42,809 nucleotides of DNA, taken from assembly GCA_017408305.1 (NCBI GenBank), contig JAFQUU010000009.1:1-42809 (forward strand), given 5' to 3'. Below, in pieces: positions 1 through 10,174 of this stretch (positions within the stretch are counted from its first letter, which is position 1; each line of letters begins with the position of its first letter). The notes below the pieces were generated by a model. It saw only the letters and a program-made list of their open reading frames with translations. It was not told the origin of the DNA and did no database searches. The stretch comes from Clostridia bacterium. Its GTDB lineage: Bacteria > Bacillota > Clostridia > Christensenellales > UBA1242. A program made the position numbers and the translations under genes.

Positions 1-215
1 ATGATATTGCATCTGTTTGTAAGGCAGGTGTAAATGTTCCAATTATTGGATTTGGTGCTTCGCTTACAAAAGGTGCAATTGCTGGGGCAGAGGCAAGAGG
101 CATAATTGGTGCACTTGCAGGTGGGCTTGAAGCAGTTGCAGGAGGGCTTGTGGCGGCGGTACTCTTTGCGTTTATTTTTTCACTTATCTTTAGACCAAAA
201 ACCAAAAGGAACTAG
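1..215 (+). CDS. SpoVAC/SpoVAE-family spore membrane protein, C-terminal fragment (5' end outside window)
   Basis: Frame 3 is open from the window edge and reads DIASVCKAGVNVPIIGFGASLTKGAIAGAEARGIIGALAGGLEAVAGGLVAAVLFAFIFSLIFRPKTKRN, stop TAG 213-215. Gly/Ala-rich TM segments resemble SpoVAC/AE C-termini. Absent from the ORF track because no start lies in the window. Confidence 0.55.
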   Translation, partial: DIASVCKAGVNVPIIGFGASLTKGAIAGAEARGIIGALAGGLEAVAGGLVAAVLFAFIFSLIFRPKTKRN

Positions 216-895
216 CCTGCAGGCACAAGGTTGAGCATTTCATCAAGATATGATGACTGAAGATATGTTGAAGGGATTTCGCCAACAACAAGTGTTTCTG
301 TGATTAGCACTTCTGTGTGTGCATCAATTTTTGGGCTTGAAGTTGGAAGCACAACAAAAACAGAAGACTGTAAGTTTATAAAAATTTTGTGAACAGTTTG
401 GTTTATGCCAGCCGAAACAAATTCGCTTTTAAATGTTGCCGTAACTGTGCCGATTGGCGAGAGTCCAACTTTTACAAGTGGCCCCCAAGATGCCAAAACT
501 GTTATGCCTGTAAATGCCCCCAAATGAATTTCCACGCCTGTTGAGGTTACGCTGTCAAGTTGGGTTTGTGCGTGGTTTGTGATTTGTCTTGCCAACAGAT
601 TGGCTTTGATGCTTGAAACAGAAATAAGCGAAATTTTGTTTTCGTTTGAGTAGGTGTATTTTACAAGTTCATCAAAAAGGTTTTCTTCGTTTGACACGAT
701 ATTTAAAACAGAGTTACTAAGCGTGGTTTGCGTAAGGCTTTTGATTTTTGCTTCGCTGGTTTCAACAACAATTGGGTTTACAACAGCGTATATATACCAA
801 AAAACAAGTACAGTTAACAAAATAATAACAATCAAAATTGTCCAGATTTTTTTGGATTTTTTTTTGTTTTTTTTATATTTTTTGCAAGAATACAT
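212..895 (-). CDS. yunB: Sporulation protein YunB
   Basis: 227 aa. Lys-rich N-terminus plus one TM helix. Blocks SAGINQTVHKI and VVGEIPSTY are typical of the YunB family. Confidence 0.8.
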   Translation of the reverse strand: MYSCKKYKKNKKKSKKIWTILIVIILLTVLVFWYIYAVVNPIVVETSEAKIKSLTQTTLSNSVLNIVSNEENLFDELVKYTYSNENKISLISVSSIKANLLARQITNHAQTQLDSVTSTGVEIHLGAFTGITVLASWGPLVKVGLSPIGTVTATFKSEFVSAGINQTVHKIFINLQSSVFVVLPTSSPKIDAHTEVLITETLVVGEIPSTYLQSSYLDEMLNLVPAG

Positions 896-985
896 AAATT
901 TTTAAGGTATTATATGATTTTGTTTTGCGTAAAATTCTTAAATTTGTTTGCCAAAAGATGCTTTTTTTGTTATAATTAGCCCACA

Positions 986-1576
986 ATGAGTGAAAATTTT
1001 CGAGTTAAAAATGCAAAATATCTAACAAGTGCAGTGCATAGAGACAATTTTTTAAATGAGTTTCCAGAAGTGGCTTTTGTTGGCAGAAGTAATGTCGGCA
1101 AAAGCAGTTTAATCAATAATTTGGTTAATCAAAGACGCCTTGCCAAAACCTCGTCAACTGCAGGACTTACCAAAATGGTGAATTATTTTTTGGTCAATGG
1201 CAATATGTATTTTGTTGACCTCCCTGGCTATGGATATTCCCAAACAGGCAAAAAGCATAGGGAGATTTGGAGCGATTTGATTGAAGATTATTTACTTCTT
1301 AGCGAAAACCTAAAACTTGTGCTTCTTCTTGTGGATATACGCCATAAGCCTACAGAACTTGATATGCTTATGCAAAAATTTTTGTATGTGCATAATATCC
1401 CTTATCGCATTATTGCCACCAAGGCAGACAAGATTGCAAAAAGCAAGGTGGGGCAGTACCTTACCGAAATTGCAAAGGTTTTGCAGGTCACAAAAAACAA
1501 TATTATTCCTCACTCTTCAAGTGATGGGTTAAATAAACAAAAAATACTAGATTTGATTGGAGAAATAAATGAGTAA
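986..1576 (+). CDS. engB: Ribosome-biogenesis GTP-binding protein YsxC/EngB
   Basis: 196 aa. G1 GRSNVGKSS, G3 DLPGYG, G4 TKAD. Length and layout match EngB. Confidence 0.9.
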   Translation: MSENFRVKNAKYLTSAVHRDNFLNEFPEVAFVGRSNVGKSSLINNLVNQRRLAKTSSTAGLTKMVNYFLVNGNMYFVDLPGYGYSQTGKKHREIWSDLIEDYLLLSENLKLVLLLVDIRHKPTELDMLMQKFLYVHNIPYRIIATKADKIAKSKVGQYLTEIAKVLQVTKNNIIPHSSSDGLNKQKILDLIGEINE

Positions 1577-3512
1577 GTATGAATCAAAAGATATAGTTGT
1601 TCTTGAAGGGCTTGAAGCAGTAAGGCTTAGGCCGGGTATGTATATTGGCACAACAGGCATAAAAGGCCTTCATCACATTTTGTGGGAAATTGTTGACAAC
1701 GCTATGGACGAAGTTGCAAACGGATTTGGCGACAGCATTGAAATAACCCTTAACAAAGATGGCTCTGTTGTTGTTGAAGACAATGGCCGTGGCATACCGG
1801 TTGACATACACCCAACACAAAAGAAAAGTGGTGTTGAAGTGGTGTTTACACAACTTCACGCAGGTGGAAAGTTTAATACAGACACTTATAGTTATTCAGG
1901 TGGCCTGCATGGCGTTGGTGCAAGCGTTACAAATGCACTTTCAAGATGGCTTAAGGTTTTTGTTCACAAAAATGGCAAAAAATATGGCATAGAGTTTTCA
2001 AGTTTTGAAGATGATAAGGGCAAAATGAAATGTGGCATTCCTTCTGGCCCACTAAAAGAACTTGGCACAAGCACCAAAACAGGCACAAGGGTTGAATTTT
2101 TGCCAGACGACAGGGTGTTTGAAGGGCTAAAACTTGAGTATGAAACAATCTCTAAACGCCTTCGTGAACTTGCGTTTTTAAACAAGGGTGTAAAACTTAA
2201 ACTTATTGACAAAAAAACAGGTCAGGAAGAAGAATTTTGCTATGAAGGTGGCATAAAAGATTTTGCACTATACCTAAATGAAGGCAAAGGCAAACTTTAT
2301 CACAACCCTGTGTATTTAACTGCTGAAGACAAAAAAATCAAGATGGAACTTGCTTTTCAGCACACAGACAACTATACAGATAACATCATAAGTTATGTGA
2401 ACAACATTCCAACCACAGAGGGTGGCACACACGAAGTTGGCTTTAAGGGTGGGTTTACAAAGTTTATGAACGACTATGCCCGCAAAAACAACCTTTTAAA
2501 AGAAAAAGAAGCAAATCTTATTGGTGATGACTTTAGGGAAGGGCTTACGGCTGTTCTTTCAATCAAAATGAACAACATTCAGTTTGAAGGGCAAACAAAA
2601 ACAAAACTTGGTAACCCTGAAGCCAAGGTTGTTGTTGAAAAACTTGTGATTCAAGAACTTACAAAGTTTTTTACTGGCACAGCAAACAACAAACTTGCTG
2701 AAATTATTTTAAATAAGGCCAAGGGCGCTGCAAAAGTAAGAGAGGCAGCAAGAAAAGCCAAGGAAATCACAAGGGTGAAAAACAGCCTTGATAACTACAA
2801 TCTTGTGGGCAAACTTTCAAACTGCACTGGCAGAAAACCTGAACAATCAGAACTTTTCATCGTGGAAGGTGACAGTGCTGGTGGCAGTGCAAAACAGGGA
2901 AGAGATAGGCGTTTTCAGGCAATCCTGCCACTTAAGGGTAAACCACTTAATGCAGAGAAAAAACGCCTTGACCAAGTGCTTGCCAATGAAGAAATACGCA
3001 CAATCATTTCAAGCCTTGAAACAAATATTGGTGCAGACTTTAATATCAAAAACCTAAGATACCACAAGGTTATTATCCTTTCCGATGCCGACCAAGATGG
3101 TGCACATATTAGGGCAATCCTTTGCACATTCTTCTTTAGGTATATGAAAGAACTTATCACAAACGGAAATGTTTATATTGGGCTTCCACCACTATATAAG
3201 GTTTATAAGGCAAACAAGACCCTTTATGTTTACAGTGATGAAGAACTGCCAAAAGCAATCAAAGAAGTGGGCAGAGGATATCAAATTCAAAGATATAAAG
3301 GTCTTGGTGAAATGAACCCTGAACAACTTTGGGAAACAACTATGGACCCTGAAAAAAGAACCCTTGTTAATGTTACGCTTGAAGATGCTGTTGAAGCAGA
3401 AAAACTTGTGGTAACCCTTATGGGTGATGACATAAACGCAAGAAAAGAATACATCAACAAACACGCAAACTTTAATAGAGTTGACGAGTTTATGAAAAAG
3501 ATTTCAAAGTAG
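1569..3512 (+). CDS. Type IIA DNA topoisomerase subunit B (GyrB/ParE family; ParE-like by context)
   Basis: 647 aa. LEGLEAVRLRPGMYIG N-terminus, TOPRIM EGDSAGGSAKQGRDR, PLKGKPLN. Not adjacent to dnaA/dnaN/recF. Confidence 0.9.
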   Translation: MSKYESKDIVVLEGLEAVRLRPGMYIGTTGIKGLHHILWEIVDNAMDEVANGFGDSIEITLNKDGSVVVEDNGRGIPVDIHPTQKKSGVEVVFTQLHAGGKFNTDTYSYSGGLHGVGASVTNALSRWLKVFVHKNGKKYGIEFSSFEDDKGKMKCGIPSGPLKELGTSTKTGTRVEFLPDDRVFEGLKLEYETISKRLRELAFLNKGVKLKLIDKKTGQEEEFCYEGGIKDFALYLNEGKGKLYHNPVYLTAEDKKIKMELAFQHTDNYTDNIISYVNNIPTTEGGTHEVGFKGGFTKFMNDYARKNNLLKEKEANLIGDDFREGLTAVLSIKMNNIQFEGQTKTKLGNPEAKVVVEKLVIQELTKFFTGTANNKLAEIILNKAKGAAKVREAARKAKEITRVKNSLDNYNLVGKLSNCTGRKPEQSELFIVEGDSAGGSAKQGRDRRFQAILPLKGKPLNAEKKRLDQVLANEEIRTIISSLETNIGADFNIKNLRYHKVIILSDADQDGAHIRAILCTFFFRYMKELITNGNVYIGLPPLYKVYKANKTLYVYSDEELPKAIKEVGRGYQIQRYKGLGEMNPEQLWETTMDPEKRTLVNVTLEDAVEAEKLVVTLMGDDINARKEYINKHANFNRVDEFMKKISK

Positions 3513-3525
3513 GAGAAAATTTTAA

Positions 3526-5964
3526 GTGAAAACGAAAAAACAAACTCAAGCCCCACCAAAAAATTCAATCATTTTTAAAACCCTTAACACTGTGCTTCAT
3601 GAAAGTATGATTCCTTACACAGAACATGTTGTTATGGACAGGGCTCTGCCAAGGGTTGAAGATGGCTTAAAACCAGTGCAACGCAGAATTTTGTATTCTA
3701 TGTTTGAACTTGGCGTTATGCCAGACAAACCTTACAGAAAATCTGCCCGTATTGTTGGTGATTGCATGGGTAAATATCACCCACATGGCGACAGCAGTGT
3801 TTATGATGCAATGGTGCGTATGGCACAAAACTTTGTGCTGAAGGCCCCACTTGTTGATGGGCACGGCAACTTTGGCAGTATTGATGGCGATAGCGCAGCG
3901 GCAATGCGTTATACAGAAGCACGCCTTGCACCACTTGCACTTGAACTGCTTAAGGACCTTGAAAAAAATACGGTTGACTGGACTCTTAATTTTGATGACA
4001 CACTTAAAGAACCAGTAACGCTTCCAGGACGCTTTCCAAACCTTTTGGTTAATGGTGCAACTGGCATTGCAGTTGGCGTTGCAACAAACATCCCACCACA
4101 CAACTTGTCTGAGGTTATTGATGGTGTTTGTGCGTACATCAAAAACCCAAAAATTTCGCTTACAAACATGATGAAATACATTAAGGCTCCAGACTTTCCA
4201 ACCGGTGGCAATATTATTGTAGGTAATGGGCTTAGGGACGCATATGCAACAGGTAAGGGCAAAATTGTTATTCAGGCAAAAACACATATTGAAAAAACGG
4301 GAGACAAGTCTGCAATTGTAATTACTGAAATTCCTTATCAAGTGAATAAGGCACAACTTCTTCAAAAAATTGCAGAACTTAAAGAAAAAGAGAAAAATCT
4401 TTTGTCTTATATTGGCGAAATCACTGATGAGACAGACCGTAATGGCCTAAGGGCAGTGATTAAAATCAAAAAAGGTGGCAACGCAAAGGCAATCCTAAAT
4501 TACCTTCTTAAAAACACCAATCTTCAGCAAAACTACAACATCAATATGGTGGCAATTGCAGGTGGCAAACCAAAACTTATGGGGCTTCTTGACATTATTG
4601 CTTACTATTCAGATTATCAAATCCAAGTCATTGTAAGGCGTACAAAACACCTTCTTGATGAGGCAGAAGACAGGGCCCACATTGTTGAAGGGCTTCTTGT
4701 TGCAATCAAAAATATTGACGACATCATCAAGATTATTAAAACTTCTCCAACCACTGCAGTTGCTAAAGAACGCATAATGAAAAAGTTTAAACTTTCAGAC
4801 CGTCAGGCTCAGGCAATCCTTGATATGAGGATTAGTCGCCTTGTGAATATGGAAGTTAAAAAACTGCAAGAAGAGTTTAAAGAACTTAAAGAAAAAATCA
4901 AAAACTATAAGGCAATACTTGGCTCAAAAACCATGCAAGAAGACATTTTGGTTAAGGAACTTAAAGATGTAAGAAAAACTTTTGGAGGAACAAGAAGAAG
5001 CAGTCTTGAAGTTGAAAAAGAAGAAAAACAAACAGAGATTTTTGACCTTGTTGAGTGTGATGAATTCTTTGAAACAAACTATGTTGCCCTTTCTGCAGAC
5101 CATCGCCTAAAACGCATCAACGCACAAAAGGCTTCGCAAGTTAAGTATCAAAGTTATGCAGAGCCTTATGAAATTTCAACTGATGCAATCAAAATCAACG
5201 ATAACGAAGCGTTTTTTGTGTTTACAAACAAGGGTAATTGCATAAAACTTAAAGTTAAGGAACTGCCACTTGGACAGTGGAAAAGCAAAGGTCAACTTTT
5301 AAGTGAACTGAAGAAAAATATTCTTTACAGCGAGTATCCAGTAAAAATCTTGCCAATAAAAGAAGGCAAAAACCAAAGTATTATTATCTACACCAAGGCT
5401 GGCAATGCAAAAATCACACCTGTGTCAGACTTTATCAGTTCAAGAGTTATGTTTAGTGTGATAAATCTTAAAGATAAGGACACTGTGATTAATGCTGAAT
5501 ACAACGACGAAAACCAGTATATTATTGCTGTAACCAAATGGGCATATTCGCTTAAGTTTGACAAAAAAGAACTGCCTGTGCAAAAGCGTGCATCATCTGG
5601 CACAAAAATCTTTAAACTGCAAGAAGGTGATGAACTTGTGTTTGCAGGCCTTACTCAAAAAACAGGGAGTCTAACAATCCTGACCAACCAAGGCAACGGC
5701 AAAAAAGTGCCTATTGGCGACTACGAAATTACACCAAAATATCGTAGAGGCCTTAAAACAATCAACCTAAAAAGCACAAGGGAATATGTTATGTTTGCTA
5801 AGTTTTCTGCAGGCAACTTTGATATTGTGATGGAAACCAAAGAAAAACTTGTTGTTTTTGGCACAGAAAAACTTAAGTTTGAAACACGCATTGCAAAAGG
5901 CAAACAAATTGAAAAACTAAGATTTAAAAATGTGTATGCGGCAGTTGACAAGTCTACACTTTAA
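3526..5964 (+). CDS. Type IIA DNA topoisomerase subunit A (GyrA/ParC family; ParC-like)
   Basis: 812 aa, GTG start. HPHGD and [10 protein letters not shown] (catalytic Tyr region). I could not find a GyrA-box (QRRGGKG-like) in the C-terminal domain, which favours ParC. Confidence 0.9.
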   Translation: MKTKKQTQAPPKNSIIFKTLNTVLHESMIPYTEHVVMDRALPRVEDGLKPVQRRILYSMFELGVMPDKPYRKSARIVGDCMGKYHPHGDSSVYDAMVRMAQNFVLKAPLVDGHGNFGSIDGDSAAAMRYTEARLAPLALELLKDLEKNTVDWTLNFDDTLKEPVTLPGRFPNLLVNGATGIAVGVATNIPPHNLSEVIDGVCAYIKNPKISLTNMMKYIKAPDFPTGGNIIVGNGLRDAYATGKGKIVIQAKTHIEKTGDKSAIVITEIPYQVNKAQLLQKIAELKEKEKNLLSYIGEITDETDRNGLRAVIKIKKGGNAKAILNYLLKNTNLQQNYNINMVAIAGGKPKLMGLLDIIAYYSDYQIQVIVRRTKHLLDEAEDRAHIVEGLLVAIKNIDDIIKIIKTSPTTAVAKERIMKKFKLSDRQAQAILDMRISRLVNMEVKKLQEEFKELKEKIKNYKAILGSKTMQEDILVKELKDVRKTFGGTRRSSLEVEKEEKQTEIFDLVECDEFFETNYVALSADHRLKRINAQKASQVKYQSYAEPYEISTDAIKINDNEAFFVFTNKGNCIKLKVKELPLGQWKSKGQLLSELKKNILYSEYPVKILPIKEGKNQSIIIYTKAGNAKITPVSDFISSRVMFSVINLKDKDTVINAEYNDENQYIIAVTKWAYSLKFDKKELPVQKRASSGTKIFKLQEGDELVFAGLTQKTGSLTILTNQGNGKKVPIGDYEITPKYRRGLKTINLKSTREYVMFAKFSAGNFDIVMETKEKLVVFGTEKLKFETRIAKGKQIEKLRFKNVYAAVDKSTL

Positions 5965-5983
5965 AATTGAATATGTAAAAAAA

Positions 5984-6013
5984 CTTCATCATATAATGTG
6001 ATGAGGTTTTTTT
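5984..6013 (+). terminator. Rho-independent terminator after the topoisomerase operon, abutting the spoIIIAA start
   Basis: Stem CTTCATCA (5984-5991) / TGATGAGG (5999-6006), 7-nt loop, T7 run 6007-6013. The 3' stem half contains the GAGG Shine-Dalgarno of spoIIIAA. Confidence 0.6.
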
Positions 6014-6928
6014 ATGCTAAAAAAAGTGTTAAGCGAAAAACTTTATGGACTTCTTGAGCAAAAAATAGGTTTTGAAAACATTTATGAAATACGGCTTAGG
6101 GCAAATATGCCAGTTTCAGTAATTCAAAATGGACAGGCTTATTTTTTGGGGCTTCAGGGGCTATCGTACAGCCAAGAAAATGCACTTAATGTTTCTAAAG
6201 AAGAGATTGAAGACATAATTTTTCGGGCAAGTGAGTTTTCAATTTATTCTATACAAGAAGAACTTAAGCAAGGGTTTGTTGTTTTAGATGATGGCGTAAG
6301 GATTGGTGTTTGTGGAAATGTGGTTACAGAAAACGGAAAAATAAAAACAATATCAAACTTTTCAAGCCTAAATATTAGGATACCCCATATTGTGCGTGGT
6401 GCATCAAAAAAAGCATTCCCTAAACTTGTAAAGAAAGAAGAAATTTTCAATACGCTGGTTATTTCGCCACCTGGACAAGGTAAAACCACTTTTTTAAGGG
6501 ATTTTGCATTTTCACTTTCTTCTCAAAACTATTTTTTTAATATTTTGGTTTTAGATGAAAGGGGAGAGATTGCTGGTAAAAATCCACTAAAAACGGTTGG
6601 CAGTATGTGTGATGTTTTGTCTTTTTGCACTAAAGAAATTGGTTTTTTACAGGGCATAAGAGCCATGAACCCTGACATAATCTTAACTGATGAACTTGGC
6701 GAAGATAAAGACTTTTTGGCTGTCAAGATGGCTTCAATTTCTGGCGTAAAAGTTGTTGCAAGCATACATGCAAAAAGCCTTGACGACCTAAAACAAAAGC
6801 CACATTTTGAAATAATAAAAAACACTTTTCAGCGTTTTGTGCTTCTTTCGCCCTTTGGCAAGGCTGGACAAGTTGTGGGCGTTTATGACAGTGATTTTAA
6901 GGAGGTTGAGGAGGAAGTTTATGATTAA
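6014..6928 (+). CDS. spoIIIAA: Stage III sporulation protein AA (ATPase)
   Basis: 304 aa. Walker A PPGQGKTT, Walker B-like IILTDE. First gene of an eight-gene spoIIIA-type operon. Confidence 0.9.
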   Translation: MLKKVLSEKLYGLLEQKIGFENIYEIRLRANMPVSVIQNGQAYFLGLQGLSYSQENALNVSKEEIEDIIFRASEFSIYSIQEELKQGFVVLDDGVRIGVCGNVVTENGKIKTISNFSSLNIRIPHIVRGASKKAFPKLVKKEEIFNTLVISPPGQGKTTFLRDFAFSLSSQNYFFNILVLDERGEIAGKNPLKTVGSMCDVLSFCTKEIGFLQGIRAMNPDIILTDELGEDKDFLAVKMASISGVKVVASIHAKSLDDLKQKPHFEIIKNTFQRFVLLSPFGKAGQVVGVYDSDFKEVEEEVYD

Positions 6929-7415
6929 GTTTATTATCCTTGGGGCAACTGCGATAATTTGTGGGTATATCGGGTTTGGAGTGTCTAGGTTTTACACAAA
7001 CCGAAGCAAGTTTTTTAAAAGCCTTGAACTACTTTTTGACAAACTAAAGTCTGAAATTAGTTTTTCTCAAAACAAACTTATTGAGATTGTTTCTAGTTAT
7101 GAGTGTCCAAGTACAGAAGCAAAAAAACTTATACAAAACTTTGTGGACTGCTTAAATTTTGACAAGCCCATATCAAAAGAAAATTTGTTTACTGGAATTA
7201 AGATTTTACATGAAGAGGAAGAATCTTTTTTAGAAATCTTTTTTAAAACCCTTGGCAAGTTTGATGCCTTAAATCAAACCAGCCAACTTGAAAATCAAAA
7301 AGTGGAACTTGGGGTGCTGTACAAAAAAGCAGATGAAGAAGCCAAAAGGTATGCCCCGTTATATTCAAAACTTGGCATAATTGTGGGGCTTGTGATTGCC
7401 CTTGTGTTTGCATAA
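6921..7415 (+). CDS. spoIIIAB: Stage III sporulation protein AB
   Basis: ATG 6921 follows GGAGGTTGAGGAGG and overlaps the spoIIIAA stop. 164 aa with an N-terminal TM helix. The track ORF from 6837 is an in-frame upstream extension. Confidence 0.8.
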   Translation: MIKFIILGATAIICGYIGFGVSRFYTNRSKFFKSLELLFDKLKSEISFSQNKLIEIVSSYECPSTEAKKLIQNFVDCLNFDKPISKENLFTGIKILHEEEESFLEIFFKTLGKFDALNQTSQLENQKVELGVLYKKADEEAKRYAPLYSKLGIIVGLVIALVFA

Positions 7416-7427
7416 AAAGGAGAATTT

Positions 7428-7622
7428 ATGAGCGTTGAAATTATATTTAAAATTGCTGGAATTGGCATTTTGACAGCAGTTGTTGGACAAGTTTTAAAGC
7501 AAAGTGGCAAAGACGAAATTGCAACCCTGACAACCCTTGCTGGCCTTGTGATTGTGCTTTTTATGGTTTTAGACCTTATCACAAATTTATTTTCTACAGT
7601 AAAAACTATGTTTGATTTTTAG
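7428..7622 (+). CDS. spoIIIAC: Stage III sporulation protein AC
   Basis: 64-aa two-TM protein in the conserved operon position. Confidence 0.8.
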   Translation: MSVEIIFKIAGIGILTAVVGQVLKQSGKDEIATLTTLAGLVIVLFMVLDLITNLFSTVKTMFDF

Positions 7623-7639
7623 GGGGGGGAGAAAAACTT

Positions 7640-8026
7640 TTGGACATCTTTAAAATTTTGGCAATAGCAATCTTAACCTGCATTGCAAGTTTGATTGTCA
7701 AACAGGTAAAGCCCGATTTTGCAAGTTTGGTAAGTCTTGCTGGGGGAGTGGTAATCTTACTTCTTCTTATCAATTACATCTCAAGCATTCTTGATGTTTT
7801 TAGGGGGATTATTGATAAAGCAAATTTGTCGCCTACACTTTTTTCTTCAATCTTAAAAATCATTGGTATAGGATATTTAACAGAGTTCACAGCAAACCTT
7901 TGCACTGACACAGGAAACTCTAGCCTTGCAAGCAAGGTGGGGCTTGCAGGCAAAATTATAATACTGTTTCTTGCCCTTCCAATCATTACAAATCTTCTTG
8001 AAGTTATTATGGGGATTTTGCCATGA
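7640..8026 (+). CDS. spoIIIAD: Stage III sporulation protein AD
   Basis: 128-aa polytopic membrane protein. TTG start preceded by a G8/GAG ribosome-binding tract. Operon position fits. Confidence 0.8.
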   Translation: MDIFKILAIAILTCIASLIVKQVKPDFASLVSLAGGVVILLLLINYISSILDVFRGIIDKANLSPTLFSSILKIIGIGYLTEFTANLCTDTGNSSLASKVGLAGKIIILFLALPIITNLLEVIMGILP

Positions 8027-9219
8027 TGATTAAAAAAATTTATGCACTTGTGGTGGCAATCCTGCTTGCAATTTTGCCACTTACGCTTTCAACGGGTGTA
8101 AATGTTTATGCCGACAACGGCAGTGGACAAACTGCAAGCGAAGAGTTTGATGAAACAATAAATGACCAACTTGAAAATCTGGACTTATCAGGCCTTAACA
8201 ACTTTTTTGAAAACTATTGTGATGATAAACTAGGCTTCTTTCAAGGGGGAAGCATCTTAGACAAAATTTCTGCAATCATAAATGGCGATTTTGGTGCAGA
8301 CAGCCAAACTGTTCTTGGGGGCATTGCAAACATATTTTTGGAAGAAATTGTCAGTTTTTTACCACTTATCTCCAGTATTATTGCAATCTCGGTTCTTGCA
8401 AGTTTGATTACAGAACTGAAGTCCACAAACAAGTCTATTGGCGACATTGTGCATTTTGTGTGTTTTGGGGTGATTGTTGTGCTGATTATGAGTGCAGTAA
8501 CCAAAATGATTGCACTTGCTTCATCGGCATTAACGCTACTAGATACGCAGATGGAAATTATGTTTCCAATACTTCTTACGCTTTTAACTGCCATCGGTGG
8601 CACTGTGTCTGTGGCAGTATATCAACCAGCAGTTGCAGTTTTGACATCAATTGTAACCAAAATTTTTGCTGGTGTGCTTCTTCCTCTTTTTGTATTTGCA
8701 GTTGTGCTTACAATCATTTCGCACATCTCACCAAACATAAAACTGGACAAAATAGCATCTTTTTTGTTCACACTTTTTAAGTGGATAATTGGTATTGTTT
8801 TTACTGTGTTTATGGCATTTTTGGCAATCAAGGGCATAACTGCAGGAAGCATAGACAGTGTGTCGTTTAAAACAGCAAGATATTCTCTTTCAACCTATGT
8901 GCCAATTGTTGGTGGGTACTTAAGCGAAGGTTTAAATCTTATTTTGGCAAGTTGCGTGCTTATCAAAAACGCAGTTGGCACTGCTGGGCTTTTCATTATG
9001 TTTTCAACTATACTTGTGCCACTTGTACAACTGGTTCTGTTCATGTTTGTCTTAAAGTTTTCTGGTGCAATTTTGCAACCACTATCTGACAGCAGGGTTT
9101 CAAACTTTTTAGGGGGGCTTTCAAAAGTGTTTTTAATGCCAATTGTTATGATACTTGCAGTTGCATTTATGTATGTGGTTTTTGTGGGGCTTATAATGTG
9201 CACAAGTGTTGGCATTTAA
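8023..9219 (+). CDS. spoIIIAE: Stage III sporulation protein AE
   Basis: 398 aa. Signal peptide, soluble N-domain, then a polytopic membrane domain. Operon position fits. Confidence 0.85.
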   Translation: MMIKKIYALVVAILLAILPLTLSTGVNVYADNGSGQTASEEFDETINDQLENLDLSGLNNFFENYCDDKLGFFQGGSILDKISAIINGDFGADSQTVLGGIANIFLEEIVSFLPLISSIIAISVLASLITELKSTNKSIGDIVHFVCFGVIVVLIMSAVTKMIALASSALTLLDTQMEIMFPILLTLLTAIGGTVSVAVYQPAVAVLTSIVTKIFAGVLLPLFVFAVVLTIISHISPNIKLDKIASFLFTLFKWIIGIVFTVFMAFLAIKGITAGSIDSVSFKTARYSLSTYVPIVGGYLSEGLNLILASCVLIKNAVGTAGLFIMFSTILVPLVQLVLFMFVLKFSGAILQPLSDSRVSNFLGGLSKVFLMPIVMILAVAFMYVVFVGLIMCTSVGI

Positions 9220-9228
9220 AGGAGGGAT

Positions 9229-9720
9229 ATGAGCACAATTTCAATTTGGGTTTTAAGCATTGTTGGCATAATTGTTTTATCTATGCTTGTGGACCTTCTT
9301 TTGCCAAGTGGCAGTATGTCAAAATTCATAAAAAGCATTTTTGGATACCTAATTATTGTTGTAATACTTTCGCCTGTTTTTAGTTTTTTTACGCAAAAAA
9401 ACTTTTCAATAAATGATATCTTTTATTCTTCAAATGTTCAAATTCAAGATGGTTTTGTTGCAAATGTCAATAGGCAGTTTCTAGACAGCGTTGAAAAGTC
9501 AATAGAAAAATCTTGCCACGAAAAAGGCATAAAGTTTGTTGAGGTGGGTATAGAGGCAGATATTTTTGAAAACGAAATAGAAATTAAGCAAATTTCAGTC
9601 AACTTAAAAAATATTGTCATAACTGATGAAGTTAAGCATACAAATATACGGACAAGCATTGTTAATATCATTAAAGAAAACATCAAGGTTAAAGAGGAGA
9701 TAATAAAATTTTATGAGTAA
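9229..9720 (+). CDS. spoIIIAF: Stage III sporulation protein AF
   Basis: 163 aa, two N-terminal TM helices plus a soluble domain. Operon position fits. Confidence 0.7.
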   Translation: MSTISIWVLSIVGIIVLSMLVDLLLPSGSMSKFIKSIFGYLIIVVILSPVFSFFTQKNFSINDIFYSSNVQIQDGFVANVNRQFLDSVEKSIEKSCHEKGIKFVEVGIEADIFENEIEIKQISVNLKNIVITDEVKHTNIRTSIVNIIKENIKVKEEIIKFYE

Positions 9721-10120
9721 ATTTTCATCACTTTGGAAAAAACTGAAAAGCATAAAAAATATAGAAATTATTCTTGCTGTGCTTCTTGGGCTTGTGGTGC
9801 TTTTGGTTTATTTTTCTTCCATGGGTTCAAATAAGGGTGTTGCAAACAACATAACTTATTCAAATTCTTATGTGCAAGAAATAGAGCAAAAACTTGAAAA
9901 CCTCATCTCAAGCATAGAGGGGGCAGGACAAGTTGATGTAATGATTATGTGCGAAGGCGAAGATGAAATAAACAAAACAGAATATCCAAAGGTTGTGTCT
10001 GCAGTTGTTGTTTCAAGTGGTGCAGACAGCACAAAAGTAAAACTTGATATCATAAGGGCAGTTGAGGCACTTTTAGGGCTAAAAACTGCGAATATTGAAG
10101 TTTTAAAGGGAAGTGGCTAA
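9713..10120 (+). CDS. spoIIIAG: Stage III sporulation protein AG
   Basis: 135 aa. TM helix plus ring-building-like C-terminus (GQVDVMI ... AVVVSSGADS ... IRAVEALLG). Confidence 0.75.
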   Translation: MSKFSSLWKKLKSIKNIEIILAVLLGLVVLLVYFSSMGSNKGVANNITYSNSYVQEIEQKLENLISSIEGAGQVDVMIMCEGEDEINKTEYPKVVSAVVVSSGADSTKVKLDIIRAVEALLGLKTANIEVLKGSG

Positions 10121-10174
10121 AAAAGTTCTAATTCAAAAAATTTAAAAATATATATATTGTAAAGGAGAACAACA

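Noticed and set aside
212-215. Convergent spoVA-family and yunB genes share overlapping stop codons (CTAG) with no terminator between them.
   Set aside because: It is real in the sequence but a trivial compaction feature. No functional inference is warranted.
3667-4365. 232-aa ORF antisense to the topoisomerase A gene. Similar long antisense ORFs occur at 11773-12306, 16187-16771, 18487-18891, 29536-30024 and 34808-35239.
   Set aside because: These are shadow ORFs fully inside well-supported genes on the other strand. They have Cys/Phe/Lys-rich low-complexity composition, no RBS and no recognisable motifs.
1569-5964. gyrB-gyrA next to each other, suggesting the replication origin region.
   Set aside because: No dnaA, dnaN or recF are present and no GyrA-box is visible. 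The orientation pattern of the window indicates convergence (terminus), not divergence, so the pair is treated as topo IV-like. The subtype remains uncertain without a search.
7622-7629. G8 homopolymer between spoIIIAC and spoIIIAD as a phase-variation switch.
   Set aside because: It lies in the 17-nt intergenic spacer and doubles as the purine-rich RBS for the TTG start. Length changes would not shift a reading frame, and there is no supporting evidence.
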